From Perkinsus chesapeaki ATCC PRA-425 (Eukaryota > Protista > Perkinsozoa): DNA of 57,971 nucleotides. A model generated the notes under the pieces. The model was not told where the DNA came from. It saw nothing but the letters and a program-made list of their open reading frames with translations, and ran no database searches. Shown here piece by piece: positions 19,422 to 32,367 of this stretch. How positions within the stretch are numbered: the stretch's first letter is position 1; every line of letters begins with the position of its first letter. Both the position numbers and the translations under genes were made by a program. Location: assembly GCA_013115145.1 (NCBI GenBank), contig JAAPAO010000172.1, positions 1 through 57,971 of the forward strand, read 5' to 3'.

Positions 19422-22400
19422 TTATAGATACACCAACAGTACTGTTATATCATCGACCATCGAACCTTAGAGTCACTGACCCACCATTGTACGCCTGCAC
19501 TGTACCCTTGGTCCCAATTATCCATCTTCGCGCAGCTTCTTCAGCCAATCGCTCCGCCGCGGCCATTGCCGTGAATTTATCGAATCTGTCAGGCGGCTTA
19601 GTGTATTGTTAGGTGCATATGGTGGCCGACTTCTTAATGATCTCGCAAGCTTCGTCACTAGTTATATTCTCCCACACGCCATCACTACAAATGACCTAAA
19701 CGTGGTTCCATATAACAATTAATTGCCAGAAAAGATATTCCCTCCGATACGGCGGATGAATACGGCTCGCCTTCCGATACCGGTAATATACAGTACTGCA
19801 TGGCGTTGAAAATAAGCTGTCTCCCCTTTAGCCGTAAAAAAAGCAGGGCAGTCTCTCGAAAGAGCAAACGGCATTCGGCAGTGCAGACACTGGCATTCCA
19901 CACTGCCTATTGCGGCTAACGAGCTCAATGCGCTAACCGCTGGAACCCGCTCCACACGATCGAAAGCTATACTGTGCAAACGCTCGAGATAATGCACCAA
20001 AATGGCTTACAAGGACCTCATCGGTATTGCCGTCTAGCTCGAACCTCACAGTCGGGCATGTGCACGCACCTCGGCTTATCAGCTTAGCTGAGCAGAGGAG
20101 GACATTTCAGTAATTAGGTCACGCAGCCTACCATATTCCGGAACATCTGGTAAAGGAGTTTCCGGCTCGTTCAGTGGGTCTGGTATTTGGTGCGCCTAAC
20201 AGATGAGCGAGCCTCCAACAACAGTTTCCGCTGAGCCACGACTTGGCAGGAAATCTCCCGAACTCGTCGGACTTACTCTGCTGGCCAGCGCTATCCTCTT
20301 GTACGACAAGTACGGCTCAGCGGTTATTCCTGCCTTCTGATGCGCAACTATGTCGCCCAACGATCGGGAAGTGGTCAGGCCGGGATACCTAAATGCCACG
20401 ACACATGATCGACCCCCGAACGCTCTGAAATGCACGAGCAGCTGCTCTTTTCGATTTTACAGGTAGCTGGCGGACATCCTCACACATATCCTCGCTCCCA
20501 CGCACACTTACGGTTTGCCTTTAACATAAACCCTTTGTCGTTTACCGTCCATACCTTCCCTCACCTCCCCACCATTCGATTCTATTCTCTCCCGCTCTTC
20601 AGGATCATCTGCCAAGTATAAGCATTTCTATCAAGAACACACAAGTTGCAAAGCACCAGGTCTGTGATCGACGGTGAGGTCCTTCGCAAATAGCTTGTCA
20701 TCTTCACTGTTCGACACATTGTCATCAAACCACGACCGTTGAGCCAGCACCTGCATAAACTCCCATTCCAGCCGCGAGGAGCTGTCCGCGCTTGTTAGGG
20801 CTGAGTAAACCGCTCGGGTATCTCCGAAGCCAGTTTCACTCAAGGGAAGCGGCAACGAAGACGACACTCACGCATCTGGTGTCCCCGACACTGGCCACGT
20901 ACACATTCTTGCTCCTGCCTTCAGACTCTCGGTGAATGGCCTGTCCCCCGAAATGGCTCAATACAGTCTCCACAGCAACGTACCAGTGTAGCGGTAGTGC
21001 CAGAATGCTCCCCGTTCAACAGGCCGTCGTGCACCAAGTTATTCAGTAGGGCTTGAGTTTTCATGAAGGCATTCTTCAGAGCCAGACAAGGATCCGCTCG
21101 GAAGAAAGGACTCTACAATAAAACCAAGTCTACAGCAGTACGCGATTCGCGTGACTGGTTATACTACTCAAACACACGCCTTAGCAGAGGCTCATTTTCG
21201 CACCTCATTCACGCGCTACGACGGGCTGTAGTGTGCACCATATGAAAATTGATAGACTCAATAATTTATGATGGACAAAATTTGTTTCCTTGTTTGGAGC
21301 TAGAAGAATGCGTCACGAATCCATTGAGACCAGCTCTGGGGTGTTGGAAGACCAACAGCTGGGACAAGGGGTGGCAATTAGCCGTCCGATCTGTTAATGC
21401 TGGGTATATCTTCTTTATACCGTAATTCCGTCAGGGAAGGGTTACTTGTATAAGTTGTCGTGGAAGATTCTCTTTGGCAATCTCCGATATCTCATGACCA
21501 TTCGGTCCATGACCATCAAATACACCATAAATTGACACGTCATTCTCGACGTGTAAAACCAGGAAGGAGTCCTGGTTGGGCACTGTACCAAGAATAACTG
21601 CAGACTCCGGGAGGAAGCACCGCTCACTTTTCACCGCACTATAGCCCTTCCTGCAGCAGAAGCCCACGCCAGCGGCCACCTTCTCGAACTGCCCACCGCT
21701 GAGCTGAACAGTCTTCTTCGCCAATGGTGGCCGCCTCTCCATGTCCATGTCCATCACGGTGCCTAGAGAGTACCTGAAACACACACAACTTGGATACACA
21801 GCAATGCCCGTGGTTGGTGACGGAGAAGAACACAACCGAAGGACCGTGTGCTGCGCCGTGCAGCCTGATTCACCTCCTTCCGACTTTCGATAGATCGGGA
21901 TTTGTCTTCACCATTCGAGTGAGAAGGTCCTCCTGAACTTCAACGATCAGCGAACCAGACAGAACTCAAGCGTAGTAGTGGAACGACGAATTCCCAGCTT
22001 AAGCCGTTTGAGAACTTTCAACAAGTTTCCTGTTCCTCGATAGCCCAGAGAGTCTTAACCGTAGGTGATGTTGGAGGATCGCAAAGGTCAGGAACAGTTC
22101 TAGCACGGAGAAGACGTAATGGGAACCTCGTTTCCGATGTCGGACAAAACGTACGCTCCCATCGGGAGCATTACGGTTTCCTCGATGACTTGCTGCTCCA
22201 ACTGTGAAAGAAATCTTTTCTCACAGTTCTAACTCAAACCGGATAGTGGACCACCGACCAGCGACGATAGACTTTGTCTAACTCCTATCTCTCGTGGCCG
22301 AGGTCCTCTGTTCCCCTCCAAACCTCCTCTCATCACAACACCATCCGTGTATCTGTGACAATACATATCCCCCATGGAAGCATCCTAATCAAATGGTCTG

Positions 22401-22706
22401 GGTGACATCGACAGCTCGTGAGGATGAGGGCTGTTAAGCCTGGAAGAAGGAGAAAGACAGCTCACCATTGAGCATGCCATCCCCTACTGGCATCTACTTC
22501 TACTATCACTACTCTACCCCTCCATCTTCCTACTTAACTAGCTTAAGTTATTAGACTACGATGATATGAAATATAACCCCTCCACCCTACTCCATGCTAA
22601 GCCTTCTAACAACTTGTCGTGGGCCATTCGCAGGAGGCAGTACTTCACCGCCTAGTCCAGCGGCCCGCTCCCGTTCGACACTCGAGACAGATGCCCCACA
22701 TCCCAT
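19422..22706 (-). CDS. Protein phosphatase 2C (PPM) with N-terminal MGCGAS acylation motif, many exons
   Basis: Motifs in order: PNQDSF, YGVFDGHGPNGH, VYVASVGDTR, KDLTVDHRP|DDPEERERIESNGGEVR, PGLTTSRSLGD, SDGVWENIT, VDDITVLLVYL*. Confidence 0.92.
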
Positions 22707-23325
22707 AGAAGAAACTAAAATTTCTGCAACACCAAAGTGGGCATTTTGCCGAATCCAGGCTACTAACTGTATATAACACATTTCTAAATGTATTGTATGA
22801 ACCCCGTTACAGAATTATAGAACATTCATATTTTTTAAGATAACTTTGGAGTAAGAACTAAGAACGTGTTTCGACTTCAAATCTCATATGTAACCCTTTA
22901 TATGTAACTGTCATTCAGATGAACTCGAGACAAATACAGAATATAAGGCTACTCCCCAAGTGCACACTTCACGTGGTCTCTAGCATCCGAGACAAGTTTC
23001 GATTTCCACCAGTCAGATTCCGTATAAGCACCGCCCATCAGCGTGAATGCGGCAAGATGGCGGACCTCCCAACTCCAGTGAGACGATGGTGAGCATTACC
23101 AAATCGTCAAGATTGACAAATCTAACACTGTTGAGTAGGTACACAAAGGAACAAGTAGCGCAGAGAGATAACGGAGGAGTGTGCCCGCTATCTACAAGAC
23201 TGAGCAGCAGTAGTAGTAGGAAGAAGGAGGAGGAGAATAATAATGCCAAAGTTAGGAATAGCAACTATACAGGGATAGCTGGTGATGATGATGAACATGA
23301 CAACAACAACAGCGGCTGGGGTATG

Positions 23326-24889
23326 TCAGAGGAATAGAGAATCGTCTTTGATAATTATCGACTCCAAAATGAGCCAAAGATTCTTCTCCAACACAGTGCT
23401 AGTTTCAAAGCCTCCATCCGATTGCGAACCGTGGGTCAGTGTGACAACCATATCGGTAGCGTACTCTGAAAAAGTTAAATAATTATTGCTTCGCTCCGCC
23501 CATATCGCTAATTCCCTATTACGTGGCATTCGTTTTATCCCCATGGCCAAAGGTGTCCATTTGAGGCCCTCCTTATCGTGTATATGACGGCCGTTTACCA
23601 TAACCTGATACCATTTTAAAAAAGATGTACAGCCTGTACAATCCCTGCCACACGCTCAATCTTGCTGACCGAATTCGAATAAGAAAACGGCGAAAGAGGA
23701 GAATCGGCATGACAATTTCCCCTCGTCAACTGTGGCTCAAGTGTATTAACCAAGCGCTGCATGATTATCTGCTCTAGGAAGTTCTTCGAAGTTTCGGTGT
23801 TCAATCCCAATCCTAATCCATGTCACTCACTAGAGAGTCGCCATTCTCTCCTTTTCGACTGCTAATCTCGTCAATATCATAGGACACACTGTCAGTGGCC
23901 TCAGCAAGGTCCCCGAAGAAGTGCCTGCTCAGGTAACAATGCAAACATCCCGGGTTCGAACCCCGGCAGAAGCGTTCCTTATATCGCGTACCTCGCAACC
24001 TCATCAGGGTCTTTAAGTTCCTTCTCAAAATCTAATAACTCAATCACAAGGCTTGCACCAGAATCATCCACCACGTTGGTGAAAACCTAGAAACACAATT
24101 GCACTGATCATCGTCGCGCGCCTAAAAATTGCACTCCCTCTTATCCCACGCAAAACCCCTGTAACGTGATACCGTGTTTAAGGAGCATTAAATCTAGGAC
24201 CGATAACGAAATTTATATTTCCATTAAGTTACCCGTATCTATTATGCGTGATATGTTATCGAAGCTTGAACATCGGGAACACTGCAGTACTTCTACAGAA
24301 TGTATCCACAGCAGTGTACATATCTATATAAAATTCTTATACATGGTGCTGCAGAGAAAATGGGCGGCCCTCCCATTGGAACTTGGCGGGAGGATTTCCC
24401 CAAAAGAAGCATGGTAGCTCAGAACTCGGGATCCTGTGAACACTGTGTAGGCACGAGGTGCATCATCATCTGCGTAGGCTACACACATGATGATGCACCT
24501 AGGAGGTTACTTTGCAATGGCAAACCAAATCCGATAGCACATCTCTCTACGTAGCAATTTCTAATGCCGAGCCGTAGCTTGGAGCCAAACTCGAATATCA
24601 ACGTGGCTCGTATGGCAATGTTCCTTTAGCTCTTGGTTTTCAATAATCTTCACGCTGCCTTGAGTTTCAGGGGGTGGCACTTTTCTCGCAGCACCCACAC
24701 GAGAGAATCCTCTAGCGATTGCTCTGCACTGTAAAGTTTGCACTGCCGGGCTAGAATAGCCAAAACAACACCACGTGATGGAGCTGCCGGCACTCCCCCA
24801 TACATACCTCTTGGTAATCCGGGACAGTTCGTACTGTGCTGGAATCCGCGAAGCCTTTAGGGATAAGGCATTCAATAGCACCACCATAT
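23326..24889 (-). CDS. MOG1: Ran guanine-nucleotide release factor Mog1 (start codon not resolved)
   Basis: YGGAIECLIPKGFADSSTVRTVPDYQE|VFTNVVDDSGASLVIELLDFE...VAR|HFFGDLAEA...|EYATDMVVTL...ESIIIKDDSLFL*, matching the Mog1/PsbP family pattern. Confidence 0.88.
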
Positions 24890-25478
24890 CTGATAACACA
24901 TACGTCACCCTACATCCAACAGCTAGCACCCAAAACACCGTAATGGCAACATGACAGGCAGAAACATAATATAACCCACGGAACCGCATACTATGTAGCG
25001 ATTAGTTACTGTCGCCGTCACGCCTCATCAACGTAGAATAAAAAAATTATCACCATCTAACATTCCAGCTACACCAAAGCACAGGTCGAGCTCGGATACC
25101 GTGCCCGACGGCCACCATCGCCTCCCTGTGTTACAATGGTTTCTCCTCCAAATCGCCCGGCTCCCATTCTGATGGTTGTGTTGTCTCGCGACGGCATTCA
25201 CTATTCGACATCAGGTATATACAGTTAGTTCTTGAAAACTGCAAAGGAAATACGCTTCGCTCCGCCCTCCCACCATGAACCCATACACCATGGCTATTGT
25301 CGCGTTATGAAACGACTGTAAATAGTAGGTTGTTAGTACTACTACTTTTCTGGTACTCGAGGAACGTTAGGCTGATGACGACAGCAATGCTATACAGTTT
25401 GCCTGCTGTTAAGTACAGGCATTTAATGTTCATTTACGTAGCAGCCGCCACCATGAAGGCCGCTGCTGCCGAGGAGCC

Positions 25479-26500
25479 CTAATCGGAATCAGAGCCCTCG
25501 TCATCACCATCATCCGAGTCCATGGCCCCATCAAGGTCCTCCTCATCTTCTTCAGTATCCATGGCAACGTCATATGCAGCATCGTCACCACCGTTAGGGG
25601 ACTCTACGTACCTATACTCGAGGAGCTCCTACGATTTGACGAAGGAACGGTATTACTTAGCCAGAGGTTCCGGCGGCGCCTGCTTGGCCGCACGTTGCTG
25701 AGTTGTGCATACGTTAATGACGGCCTGCACTCTACCGTGCAGCTTGGATAAGGCAGAGAAGTAGGCCGTACGTTGGTGGAACGAGGCCAACAGAGGGGCT
25801 GATCGACAGCTAGGAAACACACAACGCCCCTAGTAGTACCGATGACTTCTCTGGTCTCCTTAGGATGGCCGGCGAGATAGCCAGCATGAACCAGAAGCAA
25901 GTGGCGGGTCCATTCCGAGAGGACCACTGCTCGACCAGGTGACTTATCCAAGCACACGCAGATGTGTGATAGAATTTGCGCAGCCTCCGGGCCTGATAAT
26001 AGCCTCCTGGGAATCATCCAACCTCCGAAGAATCTTCACTACCAGTAATATCCCTAGCTGTGGCCGACATTACAGCAGTATTTGCAGAGTGGAGGACTCG
26101 GTCGAGAGCCATAGTATCTCCACCGGCCAGACCCTGCCGGGCAAGGGCGGCCATGGACGCGGATCCGCCGGTTGACCTGACATCACTAGCAAGCAGCTCG
26201 AGCAATTGTAGCTCGACCTACCTGGACTTCTCCTCGGCTCGTGCCGATCTCTTTTCAGCTATCACCTTCTGCTCTACCTCTTTTGTTCGCTCAGCCAGAG
26301 CCTGTGTAGGAGCATTTCCCAAAGGTCCCTCAATATCCCTACAAGTACCTTCATTTGATCCTCAGTAGCCGCACGCTTCGATGCTGGTGGCTGCACCATT
26401 AGTTATGGATGACGTCAACAAGCCTACTGAACCGAAATACATTACGCATCTCTCTAGGCCCACTTTTAACAGATCTACCCCGATAACCCCGCCTGCCCAT
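25479..26500 (-). CDS. UTP5/WDR43-like SSU processome protein (Utp12/Dip2 domain), acidic tail
   Basis: SMAALARQGLAGGDTMALDRVL...PGRAVVLSEWTRHLLLVHAGYLAGHP fits the Utp12 domain. C-terminus DSDDGDDEGSDSD*. Confidence 0.75.
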
Positions 26501-26995
26501 GGTAATAGACACCTACACTTAAGAGGCCAACGGTGCCCGTCAAGATTCGTAAGGAACATATATAGGCAGTTCCCCGTTACTATAATTCTCTATATTAATT
26601 ATAAACTAAATATGACACTAGTTCAAGGCTTCATAAACTGAAGGCATATTCATCGTGCATTCGCCAATCAGTCTCGATATCCTGGATTTAAAGGATAGAG
26701 CCCGCCGGGATAATGTGTGCGATAATTGAAGGAGCTGGTTGGTTCGGTTTAGGACTCCGCTTAATTCGCCAGAACGGGCAGCGACCTGGTCAGATCGGGG
26801 CAGCGATACGCCTACCACGCGCCACGAAATGCCGCGCACGCCGCGCGGCGCAAATACCAAAAACATGTATGCTCACTCTTTGGGTGCGGTCGAGCGAATT
26901 TTAAACTTACTCGGTTTTCCTATTTTATCTTCAAAGGCGACATTAAAATTCAGCCAATAGAGGCCAATTAGTTGGTCAGTAAGTTAAGTCCGTAG
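26501..26995. promoter_or_regulatory. Putative bidirectional promoter region
   Basis: About 500 bp between divergent starts (26500 minus, 26996 plus). GC-rich core and GCCAAT motifs near 26663, 26953 and 26963. Confidence 0.35.
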
Positions 26996-27519
26996 ATGCC
27001 AAGGAGAGGCGTCTCCGGTTCTATGTCGCCCGAGAGGACTCCCTCTGGTCGATTCAAAAGGATCACCGTGGTCGACAGGTATGCTATTACGGTAGATTGG
27101 CATTTGACAGCCTCGTTCGCATCAGGTATCACAGCTACGACGATCTTAGGTCCCTTCAGTCTGCCTGTCATTCGAGGCGCAGTCCTTCTAGACCTAAGAG
27201 TCGTAGGCGACGGCTCTCTGACAGCTACATTCGTGGAGGAATCACGCCGATATTAGAAAGTGACCCGCTTAATGAAGCCAACTTGAAAAGTGCCATGGGC
27301 AACGCTAATAACAACAAACACGCCTTGCGGTGCTCAGACAAACGTGGTGTCCTTACTACAAGGATCAACGCACTTTGGAAGGATTATATTGCCCACTCTA
27401 GAGGCTCCTCTTCAGACGACGACGTACCAGATATCAACGATCTCACAGGCAAATGCAAACCGCTGACGCTGAAAATAACCGTCCCCTGTGATAGCTACGG
27501 CGAGCTTCGGCATAGATGA
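26996..27519 (+). CDS. Hypothetical S/R-rich protein (2+ exons)
   Basis: MPRRGVSGSMSPERTPSGRFKRITVVDR joins via a GTATGC...ATCAG intron in frame to YHSYDDLRSLQ... Confidence 0.55.
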
Positions 27520-27639
27520 ATGCTACACGTTATTGCGCCCATCAATCGGTAGCGAAAGATCCCTCTGCCGGCTAGCCAATCGGATGACTATGGATGAGGA
27601 CCCTCATGCCGCATGTGATTCACAGTAGGACATAGGTGC

Positions 27640-30061
27640 CCTGAAGCATGATAGCATAATTGTGAGGGTTCAGGCCACTAAAGCTCCGGTCGCCGGCGAG
27701 AGAACCCAACAGCAGGACCGTTCCTCACAGTGGAGCGCTGGGCTCCTTCTATACCGGTTACACTGAGTGCTTTTTGGAAGGCGTTGAAAGGGGCACATTG
27801 CTCGCAGCAGTCTTGAGACTGGTAGGCACCGGCGCTGTCTATCAATGCCATTTGTACTGCTTGATAGACTTCCTACGTAATTAAGAGCCGCCTTGAGGGT
27901 AGTCCCCTCCGACCGACAGACGCTACCTGGCTGCGTCCTGCCGTGGCGTGCATTAGTGTAGGGCTGATAGTGGCGTCACACAACACATTAAGTCTTTATT
28001 TAAGGAGGACGACAAGCAGACAGCAAAAAGCTTGTGGTTCAGGTGGGCAGCATCATCATGCAGTAATCATTCCCATAAGCGGCAATATAGACATTCACAA
28101 AATTGAATCAAATGGTAATTTCTGGAAATTTATCGCCCGTCAGACCAAATGATGTTTTGATCTGCCTCATCTGTTCCTGGTGATACAATCGATTCTTAAT
28201 AATGCGATCGGCTTGAAAGTGGATTGAAATTTAACAACATCGAATAGTCTTTCTTTAGAGAGGTTTAACAAGTTGTTCTTCCAATCGTTTCAGCAAGGCC
28301 ATGTGACAAACCTCCCTTTGCTCGCCACCTTGCCGCCCTCAGGCCTTTACGCAATGCGTGGCCTCTTGACCGGTGCAGTCTCGATGATACCACTAGTCCT
28401 CTGTCCCGATCCTTATATGAGAGCCTCTTTATCAGCAGCTCTCATTGCAAGGGCAGTCGAAATCGCCGCCATGCGAGTGAGCACACGCTGGATACAGGGC
28501 GTGCCAAGAAGCCGCACTGCTTCAGCTCCTTATGAGGCTAGTACGAACAGGGCATTTTGGCACTTCAGCAGTTGGTGACACTGACTCGGTCAGTGAACCT
28601 TCGGAAGGTGGGCCACCGCGGCTAGGCACCGCAGATTGGGACTGGGGCCCCTTAGAGCCCGAGTCGTACGAGATCAAGGTGAGCCCTCCTAGGAAGGAGA
28701 GCACACCCACCGAAGGCCCCACGACCAACGAAGTTGTCCGACCACTGCAGACAACTTCCAAATGGAGCAGCGTATTGCAGCAGCTAATGGGGACCGCCTC
28801 ATGTAAGTCCGCCGGTTGTGACTGGCCACAGGCGTCCAATTCGCGGCGGTGCGGCGTGACGAGGCTTATGGCAATTGTCTCAGTTGGGGTTCTAAGAAGA
28901 ACTCATTCGATGCTAGCAGCCATCGGATTGTACCTCGTGGTAAGCTTACTCAGCTCGTTACCGACGCTCTCTACCACACATCAGTTGTCTCCGAAGCTCG
29001 AAGTCCTGTCCGCTGCAACTATCGAAAGAGCAGTTTTATTCGGAGGTGTCAACAGCAAAAGTAGCAGTTTCGATAAGTCGTCGCTGACCACCCTCGTCTC
29101 TTAAGGCAGTTTCCCAGCTTTGAAGAGCGGCCTGCGGTATGTGGCTTTGAGCGCACTATTGCATCTTTTACCGCAGCTACTTCGAAAGACTTCTATTGTC
29201 GGAGCTGTAAGCCTTTACGGAATTGATAGCAAGCGCTGCAGTGCTCCCTGTAGGTCTCGCAGGACTGGCAGACGCTTTTGTCCCGGAGCGTTTCCACCTC
29301 AACGGCCTTGATGATGCTGCGATGGGTAGGTTGGACTTGGTGTCGGTCACCTTACCATCATCTAGGCCTCCACCACCATCTCCAGCTTGCTGCGCTGTTA
29401 TTCAGATATCTTTTCTCTTTATCAGATGCCTGAGCTCCTACAGAGGTCAGTTGACAGCGTTCTACCTGACAGGAGTGCCCCTATGATAAAGATAGTCGAG
29501 CGTTTCTTCATCTGCTGGCTAACCGCAAGGACGTCTTCTAAGATGCTTTGCTCCTTGGATTTGAGGTGCGCCCCAATAGAACCTAAGGTTAATACGAATC
29601 TTCCCCACAGACTGATGCTGTCGGTATCACTGCTTGCCTGGCCTCTGAGGGCCATGTCCATCCGAGCGATGGAGACAGTCCTGGGCTGCAACACCACAGC
29701 TCTTCTCGATCCTCTAATCTTAGCTCCTCTACTGGGGCCTATGAATCTCAGTGAGCTTCCACTTTCCGAATGCTTCATTGGTATATGTTCTACTAAGGTT
29801 CTGCCGGACTTGCTAAGCGTTTGGGATTGTTTGCTGTTGAGGCTGCGCTGTTGGGAGCTGCTGGAGCTACCCTGTTGGATGCTTACCTCAGGCAGCCCCT
29901 GCTTGTCAGTGTTGTCGATTATAAGGTGGCATTACAATTCGACACCCGTTCGAGCGCTCTCTCTATTTCAGGTAGCTCGCCGACTGCTCGATGATGACCG
30001 AAAGCATATACATCTTTTTTATGACGGGGACAACCGTATAGCTCTTCATCGAGTTATTTAG
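27640..30061 (+). CDS. Hypothetical multi-exon protein, possibly divergent TBC/Rab-GAP-like (5' end approximate)
   Basis: Long coding-like exons 28532..29104 and 29387..30061. LPLSECFI...SVWDCLL resembles the TBC C-terminus, but the catalytic TBC motifs were not found. Confidence 0.4.
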
Positions 30062-30527
30062 CAGTATAGATGCTCGTTTGTCATGGGCATTCACGCCCCT
30101 TCCACAGCAGTGCCCAAGACGCGTAACTGCGGTATTTGTCTCGAGCGTTGACCTTACCTATTCTTGAGTTGCGCTGAGTAGTCACAAGTTTTTCGCCGCG
30201 GAAAAGCATTGAACAAACTTAGTATTCGTTGATCACACCTGCAGTCCCCAAGAATCACTGTTTACGTACCCGATGGAAGCATCAGAAATTACATGGGAAC
30301 AGCGGTAACCACTTCTACAACAGAGAATAGCAATAAGCAGCTCGCTAGGTGTACCCGCGCAAGCATAATGCGAATATTGAATGATATGATCAAAGAACGT
30401 AGGGCTCCACTCCTGTCATCACCTGATGTTACTGAATAAGGTCCGGCCCAGAGAAGTGCGAGGTCTCTGGTGCCAAGATTAGCAGGTCAACTGACGGACG
30501 GGCAGCTATCTCTCGTTCGGCAAGTAC

Positions 30528-32367
30528 GTGATGCACGCGGAGACTTATCACCCTAAAGTTTACTTTAGGATCCGAAGTGGGTCTTCGGAGAACGTTTGCG
30601 GAAATTCGCGGAGTCCTTCGCGGATACACCATCAACCGAGGGCAGTACCTTGCAGGAGTAGGTCACCGCGCTCCCCTGTGGTCATCAAGTTTCAATTGTC
30701 GCAATTTCTCAGCTCGAATGTCGAACTCAGGTATCGCAACTATGTACGGACAGCCTTTCCTCAAGAATCTGCGGTGCCACTTCCTGTGTTGTGGCTGAGG
30801 CTTCTCGAACGCGATGAGCAGCGGCACTTAAAGCAGACCAAACCATCGGCTCCAGGCGAGGCCGCTGAAGATCGTGCGCTGGTTAAGACCACCAGATCTT
30901 TTGGGAGAAATTCCGGGTCGATCGATTTGAAGTGAGTTAGCCAAGAGGCAGTTAGTTTCTATCTTGAAGCAAAGAAAGACCTTCGACCTTTTCAAGGGGC
31001 GTACAAAATACTTACAGTGGGAAACTAACTTCTGTTGGATGCGATCAAAGAAAGCCCGTGGAAGACACCGTTAAAGCTAAGGCAAGATCCTTGTTTTTGA
31101 GAACTTGGTATTATCCCACAGAGCTCGAACAGGGTGGAGGAAGCAGCCGGGGAGGGCAAACCCGCGAGTTCCACCAACCAGGATATGCAGGTGACTACTC
31201 ACCTGTCACAGTCGTGTTATTTTCTGATGGACTCGGTTAGAACTACCAACGCCACAAGAGGCCGACGGCGGAGGAGAATAGGCAGGCTATAAATTCGCAG
31301 ATCTCCAGCCTTTTGAGGGAATATGTTTCGCGAAATCGGTGAGTCAGGCTGAAGTCTGGGAGACTGAAAACTCCGCACTGTGCCGATATTTTCGCCTTCC
31401 TCGGCTCGTTTGGAAGGGCGTGTGGTTTGACTGCAAGTACGATAAAAGGCCCGAAACGATTGAAGGGCTAGCTCACTTTTGCCCACTCACATACAGCAAA
31501 GTAGATTCTCCGAACCGCCTTGAGCTTGAGGAAGGGAGTACTGAATCTTGAGCTACTTCAGCAACGAACAAGAGGAGAACGATCAACGGCTCCGGGAGCT
31601 GTCCCTGCGGAAGCTCATCGTAGCCAGTGAACAAGCAGCAGAGCGGAGAGCCAACATGATGAACGCAGCCGCCCTAAAAGTAAGAAGGGCTGGCAGCCGG
31701 GCGCTCTCTCACCGACTCCCTGGTCATCGAAACAATTCGTGCATGCCATACTGTGAGTTCAGGCAGCAGCGAAAAGCAGTGCTGCTCAAGCCAAGTTTGA
31801 AGCGCGTGCTGCGACTCTCGAAGCCGCGGCCAAATTCCGTCGGGAACGGGTTATGCGAAAAATGGCGATGAAAAAAGGTAGAGGTGACGCAGCACAGGTG
31901 AGACGAAATATACCGGAATGGCTGCTACTGCTGACTGGTGTTGTTTAAATTGGCGATTTAACCATCCGTCTCATGTATGGAACGAACTAATGATGTCCGC
32001 AGGTGTTGAATGAGGCTCGGAGGCTCACGCCGGTGTGTGACACATTGGAGCAGCGAATTGCAAGATACAGGAGGGAAATGGCCGAGAGGGACAACGAGAG
32101 CAGATTGAAAGCCGAGGCGGAAAGAAAGGCCCAGAAACGGGCTACGAAAGCAAAAGTGAGAGGCCCCCCATAGTGTGTTTGCAAAGTGACCGACAGCCAC
32201 TGACTGCGTTTCTTCAGAAGGACCCGTTTGGCTTTCAACGGCACTTCGGAAGGCTCGATGAAATGGACACCTTCGTGTACCAAAGCAGCCATACAGCGGC
32301 AAAACCAGTCTGCGAAAGCGATATCGCCTTGAGCATGCGTGCCATGTCTCGTGATATCAAGAAGTGA
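30528..32367 (+). CDS. Hypothetical multi-exon protein (boundaries approximate)
   Basis: Series of plus-strand ORFs with GT donors (e.g. IDLK|gtgagt at about 30931). Coiled-coil-like EQEENDQRLRELSLRKLIVASEQAAERR. Confidence 0.4.

Noticed and set aside
24570-24592. Partial resemblance to the dinoflagellate/Perkinsus spliced leader (CCGTAGC on plus, TTTGGCTCCAAG on minus)
   Set aside because: The two half-matches are on opposite strands, no contiguous 21-22-mer exists, and no GT donor follows.
24561-24989. 142-aa ORF with signal-like start
   Set aside because: It overlaps the MOG1 first conserved exon in another frame and runs into the MOG1 intron. No domain is recognisable.
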